Positions 49,256 through 59,204 of a DNA stretch of 64,000 bases are shown piece after piece. Where the stretch lies: contig JBFWOE010000001.1 in the NCBI GenBank assembly GCA_050250695.1, positions 12,387-76,386 on the forward strand. Reading direction: 5' to 3'. The DNA is from Burkholderiales bacterium (GTDB taxonomy: Bacteria; Pseudomonadota; Gammaproteobacteria; Burkholderiales; SG8-41). Made by a program: the position numbers and the translations under genes. The notes under the pieces were generated by a model, which was not told the DNA's origin, made no database searches, and was given only the letters and a program-made list of their open reading frames with translations. The number at the start of each line of letters is the position of its first letter. Positions within the stretch are counted from its first letter, which is position 1.

Positions 49256-50338
49256 ATGATCCATCGCCTGTCGCGTTTTGCCGTTGTGGCTGCGCTGCCG
49301 TGGCTACTATACGGAGCCCCCGCCGCCATGGCCAGCGAGGCCGGCGCATCCGGGGTTGCGGGCATCGCGCAGACGCCGCATATCGCGCTGCTGCTGCCGA
49401 CCGGCTCCAAACTCTTCGGCAGGCATGCCTCGGCACTGCGCGATGGTTTTCTCGCAGCCAAGACCCGCGACCGCCACCTGCTGCCGGTGCGCGAGTATGC
49501 CGTATCCGAAGACGTGGCCAACGTGATTGAGGGATATCGCACGGCGGTGGCAGCCGGGGCGCAGGTGGTGGTGGGACCGCTTACACGCGATGCTGTGACT
49601 GCGCTCGCTTTCGGCGAACCGGTGCCCGTACCCACGCTCGCACTCAACGTTCCGGACAGCACCGGCCGTTCGCCGGGCAACCTCTACATGCTGGGCCTGC
49701 AGGTGGAAACCGAGGCGCAGCAGCTTGCGCAGCTGGCCTGGCGCGATGGCTGGCGCAATGCAGTCATCGTTGCCGGCAGCGGCGCGGTGCAACGGCGCAT
49801 GCGCGCGGCATTCAGCGCCGAATTCACGCGGCTGGGCGGGAAAATCATCGCCGAACCGGCTTTCACTGCCGATGCCGCCAGGCTGAAGGCGCTCGCGAAC
49901 GGCGATGCCGACATGTATTTTCTGGCGCTGGACTACGCTGAGGCGCGCACCGCCCGCGCCTACCTTGGCGCCAACCCGATCTACGCCACTTCCAGCGTGC
50001 ACGTGGGCGATCCCGGGCCGTTGGCCGGATTCGACCTTGCCGGCGTCACTTTCGTCGACATGCCGTGGCTGCTCGAACCCAATCATGCCGCCGTGATGAT
50101 TTACCCACGTGGAACCGCCCGCCCGGCCGATCTCGAGCGTCTCTACGCGCTGGGCATAGACGCCTGGCGCGTCGCCCAGTTGCTGCTCACCGGGGCCCGG
50201 GACATCCGGCTTGACGGGGTCACCGGACAGCTGTCGCTGGCACCCGACGGTCGCATCCTGCGTGAGCTGCCGGCAGGGCGTTACGTCGACGGACGACCGC
50301 GGCTGGCGGAACCGGGGAAACGTGAATCCGCGCGGTGA
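49256..50338 (+). CDS. lpoA: Penicillin-binding protein activator LpoA-like periplasmic protein (type-I periplasmic-binding fold)
   Basis: Signal peptide MIHRLSRFAVVAALPWLLYGAPAAMA. IALLLPTGSKLFGRHASALRDGF. Synteny is rsmI-divergent followed by yraN, as in E. coli yraLMN. Confidence 0.7.
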   Translation: MIHRLSRFAVVAALPWLLYGAPAAMASEAGASGVAGIAQTPHIALLLPTGSKLFGRHASALRDGFLAAKTRDRHLLPVREYAVSEDVANVIEGYRTAVAAGAQVVVGPLTRDAVTALAFGEPVPVPTLALNVPDSTGRSPGNLYMLGLQVETEAQQLAQLAWRDGWRNAVIVAGSGAVQRRMRAAFSAEFTRLGGKIIAEPAFTADAARLKALANGDADMYFLALDYAEARTARAYLGANPIYATSSVHVGDPGPLAGFDLAGVTFVDMPWLLEPNHAAVMIYPRGTARPADLERLYALGIDAWRVAQLLLTGARDIRLDGVTGQLSLAPDGRILRELPAGRYVDGRPRLAEPGKRESAR

Positions 50339-50663
50339 GCGGGCCGAAATGCTGGCAGCCGAGTTCCTGTGCGCTCGGGGGCTGACGATCACCGCCCGCA
50401 ACTACAACTGCCGTTTCGGTGAAATCGATCTGATTGCCCGCGACGGGGATACCCTGGTGTTCGTGGAAGTGCGCAGCCGTGCGGATTCGTCCTTCGGCGG
50501 TGCAGCCGCAAGCATCACCGCAAGCAAGCGTGAAAAGCTGCTGAAAACTGCCCGCCATTACCTTGCGGGTTTGCGGCAGCAGCCGCCATGCCGGTTCGAC
50601 GCGGTGTTGCTGACCGGCGACGCACCACGCATCGAATGGATCCGCAATGCATTCGGCGATTAA
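50322..50663 (+). CDS. yraN: YraN-family (UPF0102) endonuclease-like protein
   Basis: RGERAEMLAAEFLCARGLTITARNYNCRFGEIDLIARDGDTLVFVEVR. GTG 50322 has a GGGGA RBS. The alternative ATG is 50349. Confidence 0.8.
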   Translation: MNPRGERAEMLAAEFLCARGLTITARNYNCRFGEIDLIARDGDTLVFVEVRSRADSSFGGAAASITASKREKLLKTARHYLAGLRQQPPCRFDAVLLTGDAPRIEWIRNAFGD

Positions 50664-50682
50664 CAAACCGGCAATGCGTTGA

Positions 50683-51291
<609 letters not shown>

Positions 51292-51858
51292 ATGCGGAAA
51301 CTCTTTGCGTACGGATGCATCGTCCTGCTGCCTTTCATCTCGGGATGCGCCGCAGTCGCCATCGGCGGTGCCGCGGCCACCGGCGTGATGCTCTCCGAGG
51401 ACCGTCGCACGGTCGGCGCGATCACCGAAGACCAGGGCATAGAACTCAAGGCGGCAAACCGTATCGAGGCAAAGGTGAAGGATGCACACATCAACGTCAC
51501 CAGCTACAACCGCGCTGTGCTGCTGAGCGGGGAAGTGCCCAGCGAAGCGGCAAAAGCCGATGCGGAGAAGATTGCCCGCGCGGTCGAGAACGTGCGCAGC
51601 GTATTCAATGAACTGCAGGTATCGGGCAACGCGTCGCTGCAGGCGCGCACGAACGATGCGGTGCTGACCTCCAAGGTCAAGGCGCGTTTCGTCGATGCCG
51701 GAAAATTCAGCCCGCTGCATGTCAAGGTCGTCACCGAAAACGGCGTCGTCTACCTGCTTGGCATGGTCAAGCGCCAGGAAGCAGCGGATGCCACCGAAAT
51801 TGCGCGCACTACAGGTGGCGTGCGCAAGGTCGTCCGGGTATTCGAATACCTCGACTAA
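51292..51858 (+). CDS. dolP: Dual-BON-domain outer-membrane lipoprotein (DolP/YraP)
   Basis: Lipobox LLPFISGC followed by two BON repeats (..VTSYNRAVLLSGEV.. and ..VVTENGVVYLLGMV..). Confidence 0.8.
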   Translation: MRKLFAYGCIVLLPFISGCAAVAIGGAAATGVMLSEDRRTVGAITEDQGIELKAANRIEAKVKDAHINVTSYNRAVLLSGEVPSEAAKADAEKIARAVENVRSVFNELQVSGNASLQARTNDAVLTSKVKARFVDAGKFSPLHVKVVTENGVVYLLGMVKRQEAADATEIARTTGGVRKVVRVFEYLD

Positions 51859-51882
51859 AATCTTTTATAATCAATAAGATAT

Positions 51883-51912
51883 GAAGGGCGCTGCGGCGCC
51901 CTTCGTTGTTTG
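51883..51912 (+). terminator. Rho-independent terminator after dolP
   Basis: GAAGGGCGC-TGCG-GCGCCCTTC (9-bp stem) followed by GTTGTTTGT. Confidence 0.6.
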
Positions 51913-52021
51913 TGGGCGCAATCACCAAAATCGGCGTCTCCCGCGCTGCAGGTAAAACTCCGGCAACAATTGCATCACCATAATGCGGCTCCTGCCGCTG
52001 ATGCGGCACACGGAGCGCCCG

Positions 52022-52885
52022 ATGCAGCCCTATACCGAGTTCGTCACCACCAGCCGCATGCTGTACCCGGAGATTTTCAAGTCGCTGGAACAGATCCGCT
52101 GGAACATGGCCGATGACGTGCCGTGGGAAACCTTTGACGGATCGCTGCTCTCCGACGAGCAGGCGCTGACCATCAAGATGAACGCCATCACCGAGTGGGC
52201 GGCGCTGCCGGCAACCGAAATGTTCCTCCGCGACAACCAGCACGACAGTGACTTCTCGGCATTCATGTCGGTGTGGTTCTACGAAGAGCAGAAACACTCG
52301 CTGGTGCTGATCGATTACCTGCGCCGTTTCCGCCCCGACCTTGCGCCGACCCCGGAGGAACTGCACGCGGTGCGCTTCACCTTCGATCCGGCGCCGCCGC
52401 TGGAAACGCTGATGCTGCATTTCTGCGGGGAAATCCGCCTCAACCACTGGTACCGCTGCGCAATGCAATGGCACACCGAACCGGTGATCCGCCACATCTA
52501 CAACCTGATCGCGCGCGACGAGGCGCGGCACGGCGGGGCCTATCTGCAGTACATGAAACGCGCCCTGAACACCTTCGGCGAGTCCGCGCGTGCGGCTTTT
52601 GCCAAGGTCGGCGTGCTGATGGCCAGTTCCGCACGCAGCGGCAAACCGCTGCATCCGACCAACCTGCACGTCAACAAGACCCTGTTTCCGAACGACACGG
52701 TGCAGAGCCGGTTGCCCGATCCGGCATGGCTGGAGCGCTGGCTGGACGAACAGATCCGCTTCGATCGCGACTGGGAACAGAAAGTCGTTAACGTGATCCT
52801 CAACAACCTGTCGCTGCTGTTCGGGCAAACATTCACATCGGTGAAGGAACTCAACCGCTTCCGCAAGATGCTTGCGGCAGGCTGA
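52022..52885 (+). CDS. Ferritin-like di-iron carboxylate protein (acyl-ACP-desaturase-like fold)
   Basis: Two E...ExxH pairs are present: TE(W/M)..WFYEEQKHS and GEI..ARDEARHGG, spaced as in soluble desaturase / class I di-iron enzymes. ATG 52022. Confidence 0.7.
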   Translation: MQPYTEFVTTSRMLYPEIFKSLEQIRWNMADDVPWETFDGSLLSDEQALTIKMNAITEWAALPATEMFLRDNQHDSDFSAFMSVWFYEEQKHSLVLIDYLRRFRPDLAPTPEELHAVRFTFDPAPPLETLMLHFCGEIRLNHWYRCAMQWHTEPVIRHIYNLIARDEARHGGAYLQYMKRALNTFGESARAAFAKVGVLMASSARSGKPLHPTNLHVNKTLFPNDTVQSRLPDPAWLERWLDEQIRFDRDWEQKVVNVILNNLSLLFGQTFTSVKELNRFRKMLAAG

Positions 52886-52932
52886 CCCGGGACGTTTGTC
52901 GCAGCCTGCGCGCCCGCGTAGACTGCGACCTG

Positions 52933-53427
52933 ATGAACGGCCCTCCCGAATTCGAACAGCGCATCTGCTCGCCCGCGGACATCGAGGCACAAGTGGCGCG
53001 CCTGCCGCGGCCGCTGGTGTTCACCAACGGCGTTTTCGACATCCTGCACCGTGGCCATGTCACCTATCTTGCGCAGGCCCGCGAGCTCGGCGCCAGCCTG
53101 GTGGTCGCGCTGAACAGCGATGCCTCGGCGAAACGCCTGGGCAAGGGCGCCGACCGACCGGTCAATACGCTGGCCGATCGCGTCGCGGTGATCGCGGCGC
53201 TGCGCGCGGTCGACGCGGTCACATGGTTCGAGGCCGACACCCCTCTCGAACTGATCCTCGCGCTGAAACCCGACATCCTGGCCAAGGGCGGCGACTGGGC
53301 ACCGGAGACCATCGTCGGCGCGCGGGAAGTGCGCGGCTGGGGCGGCACGGTGCATGCCATCGCCTTTGCCCATCAACGCTCGACGACCGAGCTGCTGAGC
53401 CGGGTGCGCGCCGCAACGACCCGCTGA
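52933..53427 (+). CDS. rfaE2: D-glycero-beta-D-manno-heptose-1-phosphate adenylyltransferase (RfaE domain II, stand-alone)
   Basis: VFTNGVFDILHRGHVTYL is the HxGH cytidylyltransferase motif, followed by ..LNSDAS.. and ..DILAKGGDW.. Confidence 0.85.
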   Translation: MNGPPEFEQRICSPADIEAQVARLPRPLVFTNGVFDILHRGHVTYLAQARELGASLVVALNSDASAKRLGKGADRPVNTLADRVAVIAALRAVDAVTWFEADTPLELILALKPDILAKGGDWAPETIVGAREVRGWGGTVHAIAFAHQRSTTELLSRVRAATTR

Positions 53428-53470
53428 GTAAACACTCACATTTGCGCGGTGTTTATGCAACTATTTGTTT

Positions 53471-54136
53471 TTATTGTACTTTCTGGCCTGGGGCTGCCGG
53501 ACAGCTGCCGGCCCTGATTTCCGCCGCGGTAAAATCACGATTCAGTTCGGTCAGCCTCGCGATGGTTGAGGCATCGGGCTCGCGCACGAAAAAAACCGCC
53601 TGGCGGAGAAATTTTTCCCGGCGGGTGACCAGCGCGGAACGCACGCCGCGGTCGCGCAGACGCTCCAGTTCGGCTTCAGCCGCCGCTTCGCTCTTGAACA
53701 GCCCCAGCGATATAGCGTTGCGCCACTGCCCCGCTTCCGCCACCACGAAAAACTCGGTGATGCCCAGCGCCTTGAGTTCGCCGACTTTGCGGTCGACATC
53801 GGCCCTGGTTTTCTGCGGCGGCATGTGCACCCAGTAACCATCGACGTCGGAAACGCGGCGCTGCGTCGCCTGATCCGGCAGCGCCAGCGAGGCCAGCGCG
53901 GCAGCCGCGCGCGCGATATCGGGGCCGGCGAAGGGACCCCACTCCGCGCAGGCCGAGAGTTGCGGTGCCGCGGCCGTCACCGCGGATACCGTTGCGACCG
54001 AAACCGGCCGAATTTTCTCGGGGTTGATCTGCAGTGCCGCAATCTGCCGGGCGGCCTCATCGTCAGCGGCAAGAAAATGGTGATAGGCGAAAAAACCGGT
54101 ATTTGCCAGCACCAGCAGCAGGAAAAAAATTCTCAT
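53471..54136 (-). CDS. Membrane-anchored SPOR-like domain protein
   Basis: MRIFFLLLVLANTGFFAYHHF anchor. C-terminal WRNAISLGLFKSEAAAEAELERLR resembles the SPOR beta-alpha-beta repeat. ATG 54136. Confidence 0.55.
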   Translation of the reverse strand: MRIFFLLLVLANTGFFAYHHFLAADDEAARQIAALQINPEKIRPVSVATVSAVTAAAPQLSACAEWGPFAGPDIARAAAALASLALPDQATQRRVSDVDGYWVHMPPQKTRADVDRKVGELKALGITEFFVVAEAGQWRNAISLGLFKSEAAAEAELERLRDRGVRSALVTRREKFLRQAVFFVREPDASTIARLTELNRDFTAAEIRAGSCPAAPGQKVQ

Positions 54137-54143
54137 CAGCGAC

Positions 54144-54878
54144 TCATGTCCCGGCCTGCAGCGCAACCTGCAGCAGACCTTCCAGTACCAGATTGTCGAC
54201 GACCGTCATGCGCCCGCCGATGCGGCCCTCGATCAGCGCGGCGCCACCGCCCGAGAGTACCACCTGCGGCACGGCGCCCGCGGTCTCCGCGAGGTAGCCC
54301 CGCATGCGCTCTACAGCCCCGGCCAGGGCATTGATCGCGCCGCTGGCAATCGCATCTCCCGTGTTGTCGGGAAAATAACTGAAACCGCCTTCCCGAGCTG
54401 CGAGGTTGGCGGTATCGCGGGCCAACGCACCGCGCATCAGTTCGAAACCGGGAACGATGAAACCGCCGAGAAACGCCCCTTCGGCACTGAGCGCATCGAC
54501 CGTCATCGTGGTGCCGACGTTGACCACCACGCAGGCCTGCCCCGTCAGGTGCCAGGCGCCAATCAGCGCCGCCCAGCGGTCGCTGCCCAGCGTGGCCGGA
54601 TCGGCATAACCGCTGGTCACGCCGCACTGCGCCGCAGCGCTGGTGATCCACTGCGCAGCGCCGGCAAGCCCGTCCACCGCGGCCGCGACCTGCTGCTGCG
54701 CCGCGGCGCCCGCCACATTGGAAATGACGATGCGCTCCGGCGCCGGCAGGGCGGTAAATTCAGCCGCCAGTTCCGCCGCCCGCACTGTCGGCAGCCAGCC
54801 CTGGCGCAGCCAGCTCCCGCGCTCGCTGAATCCCCACTTGATGCGGGTATTGCCGATGTCGATTGCGAGCACTTTCAC
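54144..54878 (-). CDS. coaX: Type III pantothenate kinase
   Basis: MKVLAIDIGNTRIKWG.. and ..VVNVGTTMTVD... Coupled to birA (ATGA-type overlap). Confidence 0.9.
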   Translation of the reverse strand: MKVLAIDIGNTRIKWGFSERGSWLRQGWLPTVRAAELAAEFTALPAPERIVISNVAGAAAQQQVAAAVDGLAGAAQWITSAAAQCGVTSGYADPATLGSDRWAALIGAWHLTGQACVVVNVGTTMTVDALSAEGAFLGGFIVPGFELMRGALARDTANLAAREGGFSYFPDNTGDAIASGAINALAGAVERMRGYLAETAGAVPQVVLSGGGAALIEGRIGGRMTVVDNLVLEGLLQVALQAGT

Positions 54879-55861
54879 AGGCCAGCTCCGTCATCGCGCA
54901 GGCTGATTTCACCGCTGTGGTGGCGGGTGATGCCCGCAGCCGTCTCGAGCAGCAGCGCCCCGTCTTCTGCCACGCCGCGCGCCGTACCGACCTGCGTACG
55001 TCCGTCGGGCAACACCAGCCGCACCCTGCGGTCCTGCTGCGCATGCAGTTGCTGCCACTCGGCACGCAGTGCAATGAACCCCTGAGCGGCAAACACGTCC
55101 AGCACCGCGACCAGCTCCTTCAGCAACTGTGCCAGCAGCACGCTGCGGTCGACCACGGCCCCGGCGGCAGTCTCGAGTTCCGCCACCGGCTGGTCAACCG
55201 CCGCCGACACGCGTGGATCGGCACGCACGTTGACGCCGATGCCGATCACGGCGGCGCTGGGCCCCAGCACGTCGCCCTGCATTTCGATCAGGATGCCCGC
55301 CAGCTTGGCGCCGTGGAATACGACGTCGTTGGGCCACTTCAACTGCGCGTCGCCAGCCCCCGCAGCGCGCAGTGCGCGCGCCAGCGCGACGCCGGCGGCA
55401 AGACTCAATCCGGCAAGTTCGCGCGCGCCCTGGCTGAACCGCCACAGCAGCGAAAAGGTCAGCGTACTGCCGATGCCGGAATGCCATGCCCGGCCACGGC
55501 GCCCGCGTCCGGCGGTCTGTGCTTCCACCGCGATCACCAGCCCCCCGGGCGCATTGTGTGCCGCCCTTTGCAGCAGCTGCGTATTGGTTGAATCCAGCGT
55601 ATCGCGGATCTCCAGCGTGACCCGGTCCGCCATGCCGCCCAGCGCGCGCGCGGTGCGCTGCGGATCCAGCAGCGATACCGGCTGTTTCAGCCGGTAGCCG
55701 CGGCCGCGGACGCTTTCGAACTCGAAACCGGCGCCGGCGATGTCGCGCATGCCGTACCATACCGCGCTGCGCGTCACACCAAGCGTCCGCGCAATATCCT
55801 CGCCGGAATGAAACGCGCCGTCGGACAGGGCGCGTAATGCCTGGAAAGCCGTGGTATTCAT
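54875..55861 (-). CDS. birA: Bifunctional biotin--[acetyl-CoA-carboxylase] ligase / repressor BirA
   Basis: N-terminal wHTH (GEDIARTLGVTRSAVWYGM) and biotin-ligase motif QTAGRGRRGRAWHS. Confidence 0.9.
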   Translation of the reverse strand: MNTTAFQALRALSDGAFHSGEDIARTLGVTRSAVWYGMRDIAGAGFEFESVRGRGYRLKQPVSLLDPQRTARALGGMADRVTLEIRDTLDSTNTQLLQRAAHNAPGGLVIAVEAQTAGRGRRGRAWHSGIGSTLTFSLLWRFSQGARELAGLSLAAGVALARALRAAGAGDAQLKWPNDVVFHGAKLAGILIEMQGDVLGPSAAVIGIGVNVRADPRVSAAVDQPVAELETAAGAVVDRSVLLAQLLKELVAVLDVFAAQGFIALRAEWQQLHAQQDRRVRLVLPDGRTQVGTARGVAEDGALLLETAAGITRHHSGEISLRDDGAGL

Positions 55862-55985
55862 CGCAGTCCCATAGGATAGCCCAACAGCGCTAAGATAGCC
55901 CTTTCAGGGTTAGCACCGAAAAACCAGACCGTCCGTCCGGTGCACCGGCAACGGTTGCAAACAAAACTGCAGCGCCTGCCACGGC

Positions 55986-58439
55986 ATGGACAAACCGGCA
56001 CAGCTTCCCGGCGGCAATTCCCGGACGATATCCGATCACGACGGCTTGTTGCGCGCCGCATTCGACGCATTGCGCGCCGGAGTCTGCGTGGTCGACGCCG
56101 GCGGATGCTTCGTGATGGTCAATCCGGCGTTCTGCTCCATGACGGGTTTCAGCACCGACGAACTCATCGGCCGTCCCTGGACCGTGGCGGCCCCCGAGGA
56201 AATCGCTGCCCGGGCCGAACGTTTCCTGCCGGCGGTACTGGCCGACTCGGCACACATTCCGGATCACTGGAAAATCCGCCGCAAGGACGGCATGCTGTTC
56301 GACGCACTGGTCAGCTTCCGTCCGCTTTCATACCAAGGCGGGAAATACGCGGTCCTCAGTTTTTCCGACATTACCGAGGCCAAACGCGCAGATGACGAAA
56401 TCCGCGACCTGAAGCGTGACCTCGAGCACGCGCTGCTCAAGCGCACCGAACTGCTGCGCCGCAACCGCAACGTCCTGCTGGAACTTGCCGCACTCGACAA
56501 GAGCAACCGCGCGGTCGCCCTGCAGGCCATACTCGGTGCCAGTGCCCGCACCATGGGCGTGGAACGCGTCAGTTACTGGCGACTCGCCAACGACCGCACG
56601 GCGATCGAGTGCGAGATGCTCTTTGCATTGTCCCGCGACGGCCTCGACACGGAATTTGCCGGCACGCGCCTGGACGCCACCCGTTTCCCCCGCTACTTCA
56701 CCGCGATCATAGAAAACAGGCCGGTCGTCGCTCCCGACGCGCAGACCCATGATGCCACCGCCGAATTCACCCGGGATTACCTGATCCCCAGGGGCATCAC
56801 CTCCATGCTCGATGCGCCGGTCTGGCTGCGCGGCCAGGTGGTCGGCGTGATCTGTCACGAGCATGTCGGCGCAGCCCGGGAATGGACGCCCGAAGAGGTG
56901 GATTTCGGCTCATCGATGGCGACGATGATCTCGCTGACGCTGGAGGCTGCGCGCCGCCACGAATTGAACGAGGAACTGGCCCGGTCCGAAGAAAAATACC
57001 GGCACGTTATAGAAAACGCCAATGAAGCCATCGTGATCGCGCAGGACGGCAGGATCCGCTACGCCAACCCGCAGACTTCGAGACTGTCCGGCTATTCGCC
57101 GGAAGAACTGCACGCCAAGTCGTTCCTTGATTTCGTATACGACGAAGACAAGGCCCTGGTGGGCGCCAATTACATGAAGCGCATGCGCGGTGAAACGGCC
57201 GAGTCCAGCTACGACTTCCGCATCGTCGACAAGCAGGGAACGGTGCGCTGGCTCAACATCAACGCCGTATCTCTGGATTGGGAAGGCCGGCCGGCCACGC
57301 TCAACTTCCTCACTGACATCTCCGAAAACAAGAAGCTGCAGCAATCCCTGCAGCGCAACCTCGCCGAACGCGAAGCGCTGCTGCAGAGCGCGCTGGTGGG
57401 CATCACGTTTGCCGTTGACCGCCACCTGACCTGGGTCAACGAGACCTATGCACGGATGCTCGGATACCGTCGCGAGGAACTGATCGACCAGAAGTCGCTG
57501 GTCCACTTTCCAGACACGGCCAGTTACGAAGCGTTCGGAGCAAATGCCTATCCGGTTCTCGCGTCGGGCAAACCGTTCGAAGCCGAGCAACAGATGCGGC
57601 GCAAGGACGGTTCGTTGATCTGGGTGCATCTCCACGGTATCGCCGTGGACCCTTCCAACCTGTCCAAGGGAACCATATGGACCAACATTGACATCACCGA
57701 ACGGCGGCGCGCCGTTGAGGAAATCCGCCGCGCGCTGGACAAGGAGCGTGAGCTCAATGAGCTCAAGTCGCGATTTGTCGCGATGACTTCGCACGAATTC
57801 CGCACCCCGCTTGCCACCATCCTGTCGTCCGCCGAGCTGCTGGACCGCCATCACGAACGTCTCAGCGCTGCCGAGCGCCACGAAATCTTCGGCCGCATCG
57901 GCTCCGGTGTCGAACGCATGGCGCGGATGCTCGACAACGTGCTCACCATAGGCCAGGCCGAAACCCATGCCATGGATTTCAGTCCGGCACGCATCGATCT
58001 GCCCGCCCTGTGCAGGTCGCTGGTGGAAGAAGCGCGTGTCCACGCCGGTCCGGAGCATCACCTGGAATTCGTGTTCCAAGGCGAATCACCCGAGGCCGCG
58101 CTTGACGAGAAACTGCTGCGCCATGCATTGGGCAATCTTCTGCTCAACGCGCTGAAATATTCCCCCCGCGGCGGCCGCGTCGATTTTCGTGCAAGCCTGG
58201 ACGCCGGGAAGGCCGTTTTCGAAATCGCCGACCAGGGTATCGGCATACCCAAAGAGGATCACGCCCGCATGTTCGACGCCTTTCACCGCGCCGCCAACGT
58301 CGGCAACATTTCCGGCACCGGCCTCGGTCTGGCCATCGTCAAGAAATCCATTGACCTGCACGGCGGCGACATTGCCTTCGAGAGCAATGTCGGCCGCGGT
58401 ACACGATTCATCATCACCCTGCCGCTCGGAAAACACTGA
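55986..58439 (+). CDS. Cytoplasmic sensor histidine kinase, PAS-GAF-PAS-PAS-HisKA-HATPase
   Basis: 817 aa with no TM helix. H-box TSHEFRTPL, N-box LLLNALKYS, G1 DQGIGI and G2 GTGLGLAIV. PAS-like blocks at roughly aa 20-130, 350-460 and 470-590. GAF-like block at roughly aa 170-340. Confidence 0.9.
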   Translation: MDKPAQLPGGNSRTISDHDGLLRAAFDALRAGVCVVDAGGCFVMVNPAFCSMTGFSTDELIGRPWTVAAPEEIAARAERFLPAVLADSAHIPDHWKIRRKDGMLFDALVSFRPLSYQGGKYAVLSFSDITEAKRADDEIRDLKRDLEHALLKRTELLRRNRNVLLELAALDKSNRAVALQAILGASARTMGVERVSYWRLANDRTAIECEMLFALSRDGLDTEFAGTRLDATRFPRYFTAIIENRPVVAPDAQTHDATAEFTRDYLIPRGITSMLDAPVWLRGQVVGVICHEHVGAAREWTPEEVDFGSSMATMISLTLEAARRHELNEELARSEEKYRHVIENANEAIVIAQDGRIRYANPQTSRLSGYSPEELHAKSFLDFVYDEDKALVGANYMKRMRGETAESSYDFRIVDKQGTVRWLNINAVSLDWEGRPATLNFLTDISENKKLQQSLQRNLAEREALLQSALVGITFAVDRHLTWVNETYARMLGYRREELIDQKSLVHFPDTASYEAFGANAYPVLASGKPFEAEQQMRRKDGSLIWVHLHGIAVDPSNLSKGTIWTNIDITERRRAVEEIRRALDKERELNELKSRFVAMTSHEFRTPLATILSSAELLDRHHERLSAAERHEIFGRIGSGVERMARMLDNVLTIGQAETHAMDFSPARIDLPALCRSLVEEARVHAGPEHHLEFVFQGESPEAALDEKLLRHALGNLLLNALKYSPRGGRVDFRASLDAGKAVFEIADQGIGIPKEDHARMFDAFHRAANVGNISGTGLGLAIVKKSIDLHGGDIAFESNVGRGTRFIITLPLGKH

Positions 58440-58440
58440 C

Positions 58441-58836
58441 ATGGCCACCCTGCTGATCATCGAAGACGAAACACCGATCCGTGCCAACCTGCGCCAATTG
58501 CTGCAGCTTGAGGGATACACGGTCCTCGAAACCGCCAACGGGGAAGAAGGCGTGGCTGCCGCGCATGCGCGGCAGCCCGACCTGGTGCTGTGCGACATCC
58601 TGATGCCGGGCATGGACGGCTATGCCGTGCTGGCCGCGCTGCGCGCAAGTCCTGCGACAAAAGCGCTGCCTTTCATTTTCCTGACCGCCAGCGCCAACCG
58701 CAGCGAACGCGAACAGGCCATCGCGCGCGGCGCCGACGAGTACCTGGTCAAGCCGGTACGCATCGCTGAAGTACTGGCCGCGATAGACAGCGTGTTGCAA
58801 CGAAGAAAAGGCAAACCGGAAGGGGAGCAGTCATGA
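58441..58836 (+). CDS. Stand-alone response-regulator receiver (CheY-like)
   Basis: 131 aa with IIEDE, DLVLCDILMPGMDG, FIFLTA and EYLVKP. The ATG is 1 nt after the kinase stop. Confidence 0.9.
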   Translation: MATLLIIEDETPIRANLRQLLQLEGYTVLETANGEEGVAAAHARQPDLVLCDILMPGMDGYAVLAALRASPATKALPFIFLTASANRSEREQAIARGADEYLVKPVRIAEVLAAIDSVLQRRKGKPEGEQS

Positions 58837-59201
58837 GCAGAAAAATACTGGTCATCGAGGACGAAGCGGACCTGCGCGCCAGCATCGTGCGCTTTTTGCT
58901 GGCCGAACAGTTCGACGTCTTTGTCGCCGCCAACGGCGAAGACGGCGTGGAGGTCGCACTGAAGGAAATGCCGGACCTCATCGTCTGCGACATCGCGATG
59001 CCGCAGATGGACGGCTTCGGCACGTTGTTCACCCTGCGCGAAAACGTCACCACCAGCCACATCCCGTTCATCTTCCTGACCGCCAGCACGAAGGTTTATG
59101 ACCGCAAGTTCGGCTTCGAGCTGGGCGCCGACGATTACATCACCAAGCCGTTCTCCTTCGACACACTGCTGGCGGCCATTCACGGACGGCTGCCGAAGTA
59201 A
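58833..59201 (+). CDS. Stand-alone response-regulator receiver (CheY-like), second copy
   Basis: 122 aa with VIEDE, DLIVCDIAMPQMDG, FIFLTAS and DYITKPF. ATGA overlap with the previous gene. Confidence 0.9.
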   Translation: MSRKILVIEDEADLRASIVRFLLAEQFDVFVAANGEDGVEVALKEMPDLIVCDIAMPQMDGFGTLFTLRENVTTSHIPFIFLTASTKVYDRKFGFELGADDYITKPFSFDTLLAAIHGRLPK

Positions 59202-59204
59202 GGT

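Noticed and set aside
55940-55965. TTGCAAAC sequence resembling one half of the E. coli bioO BirA operator upstream of birA
   Set aside because: Only one half-site is present, with no inverted partner (GTTTGCAA) nearby. BirA operators normally sit at bio operons, not at birA.
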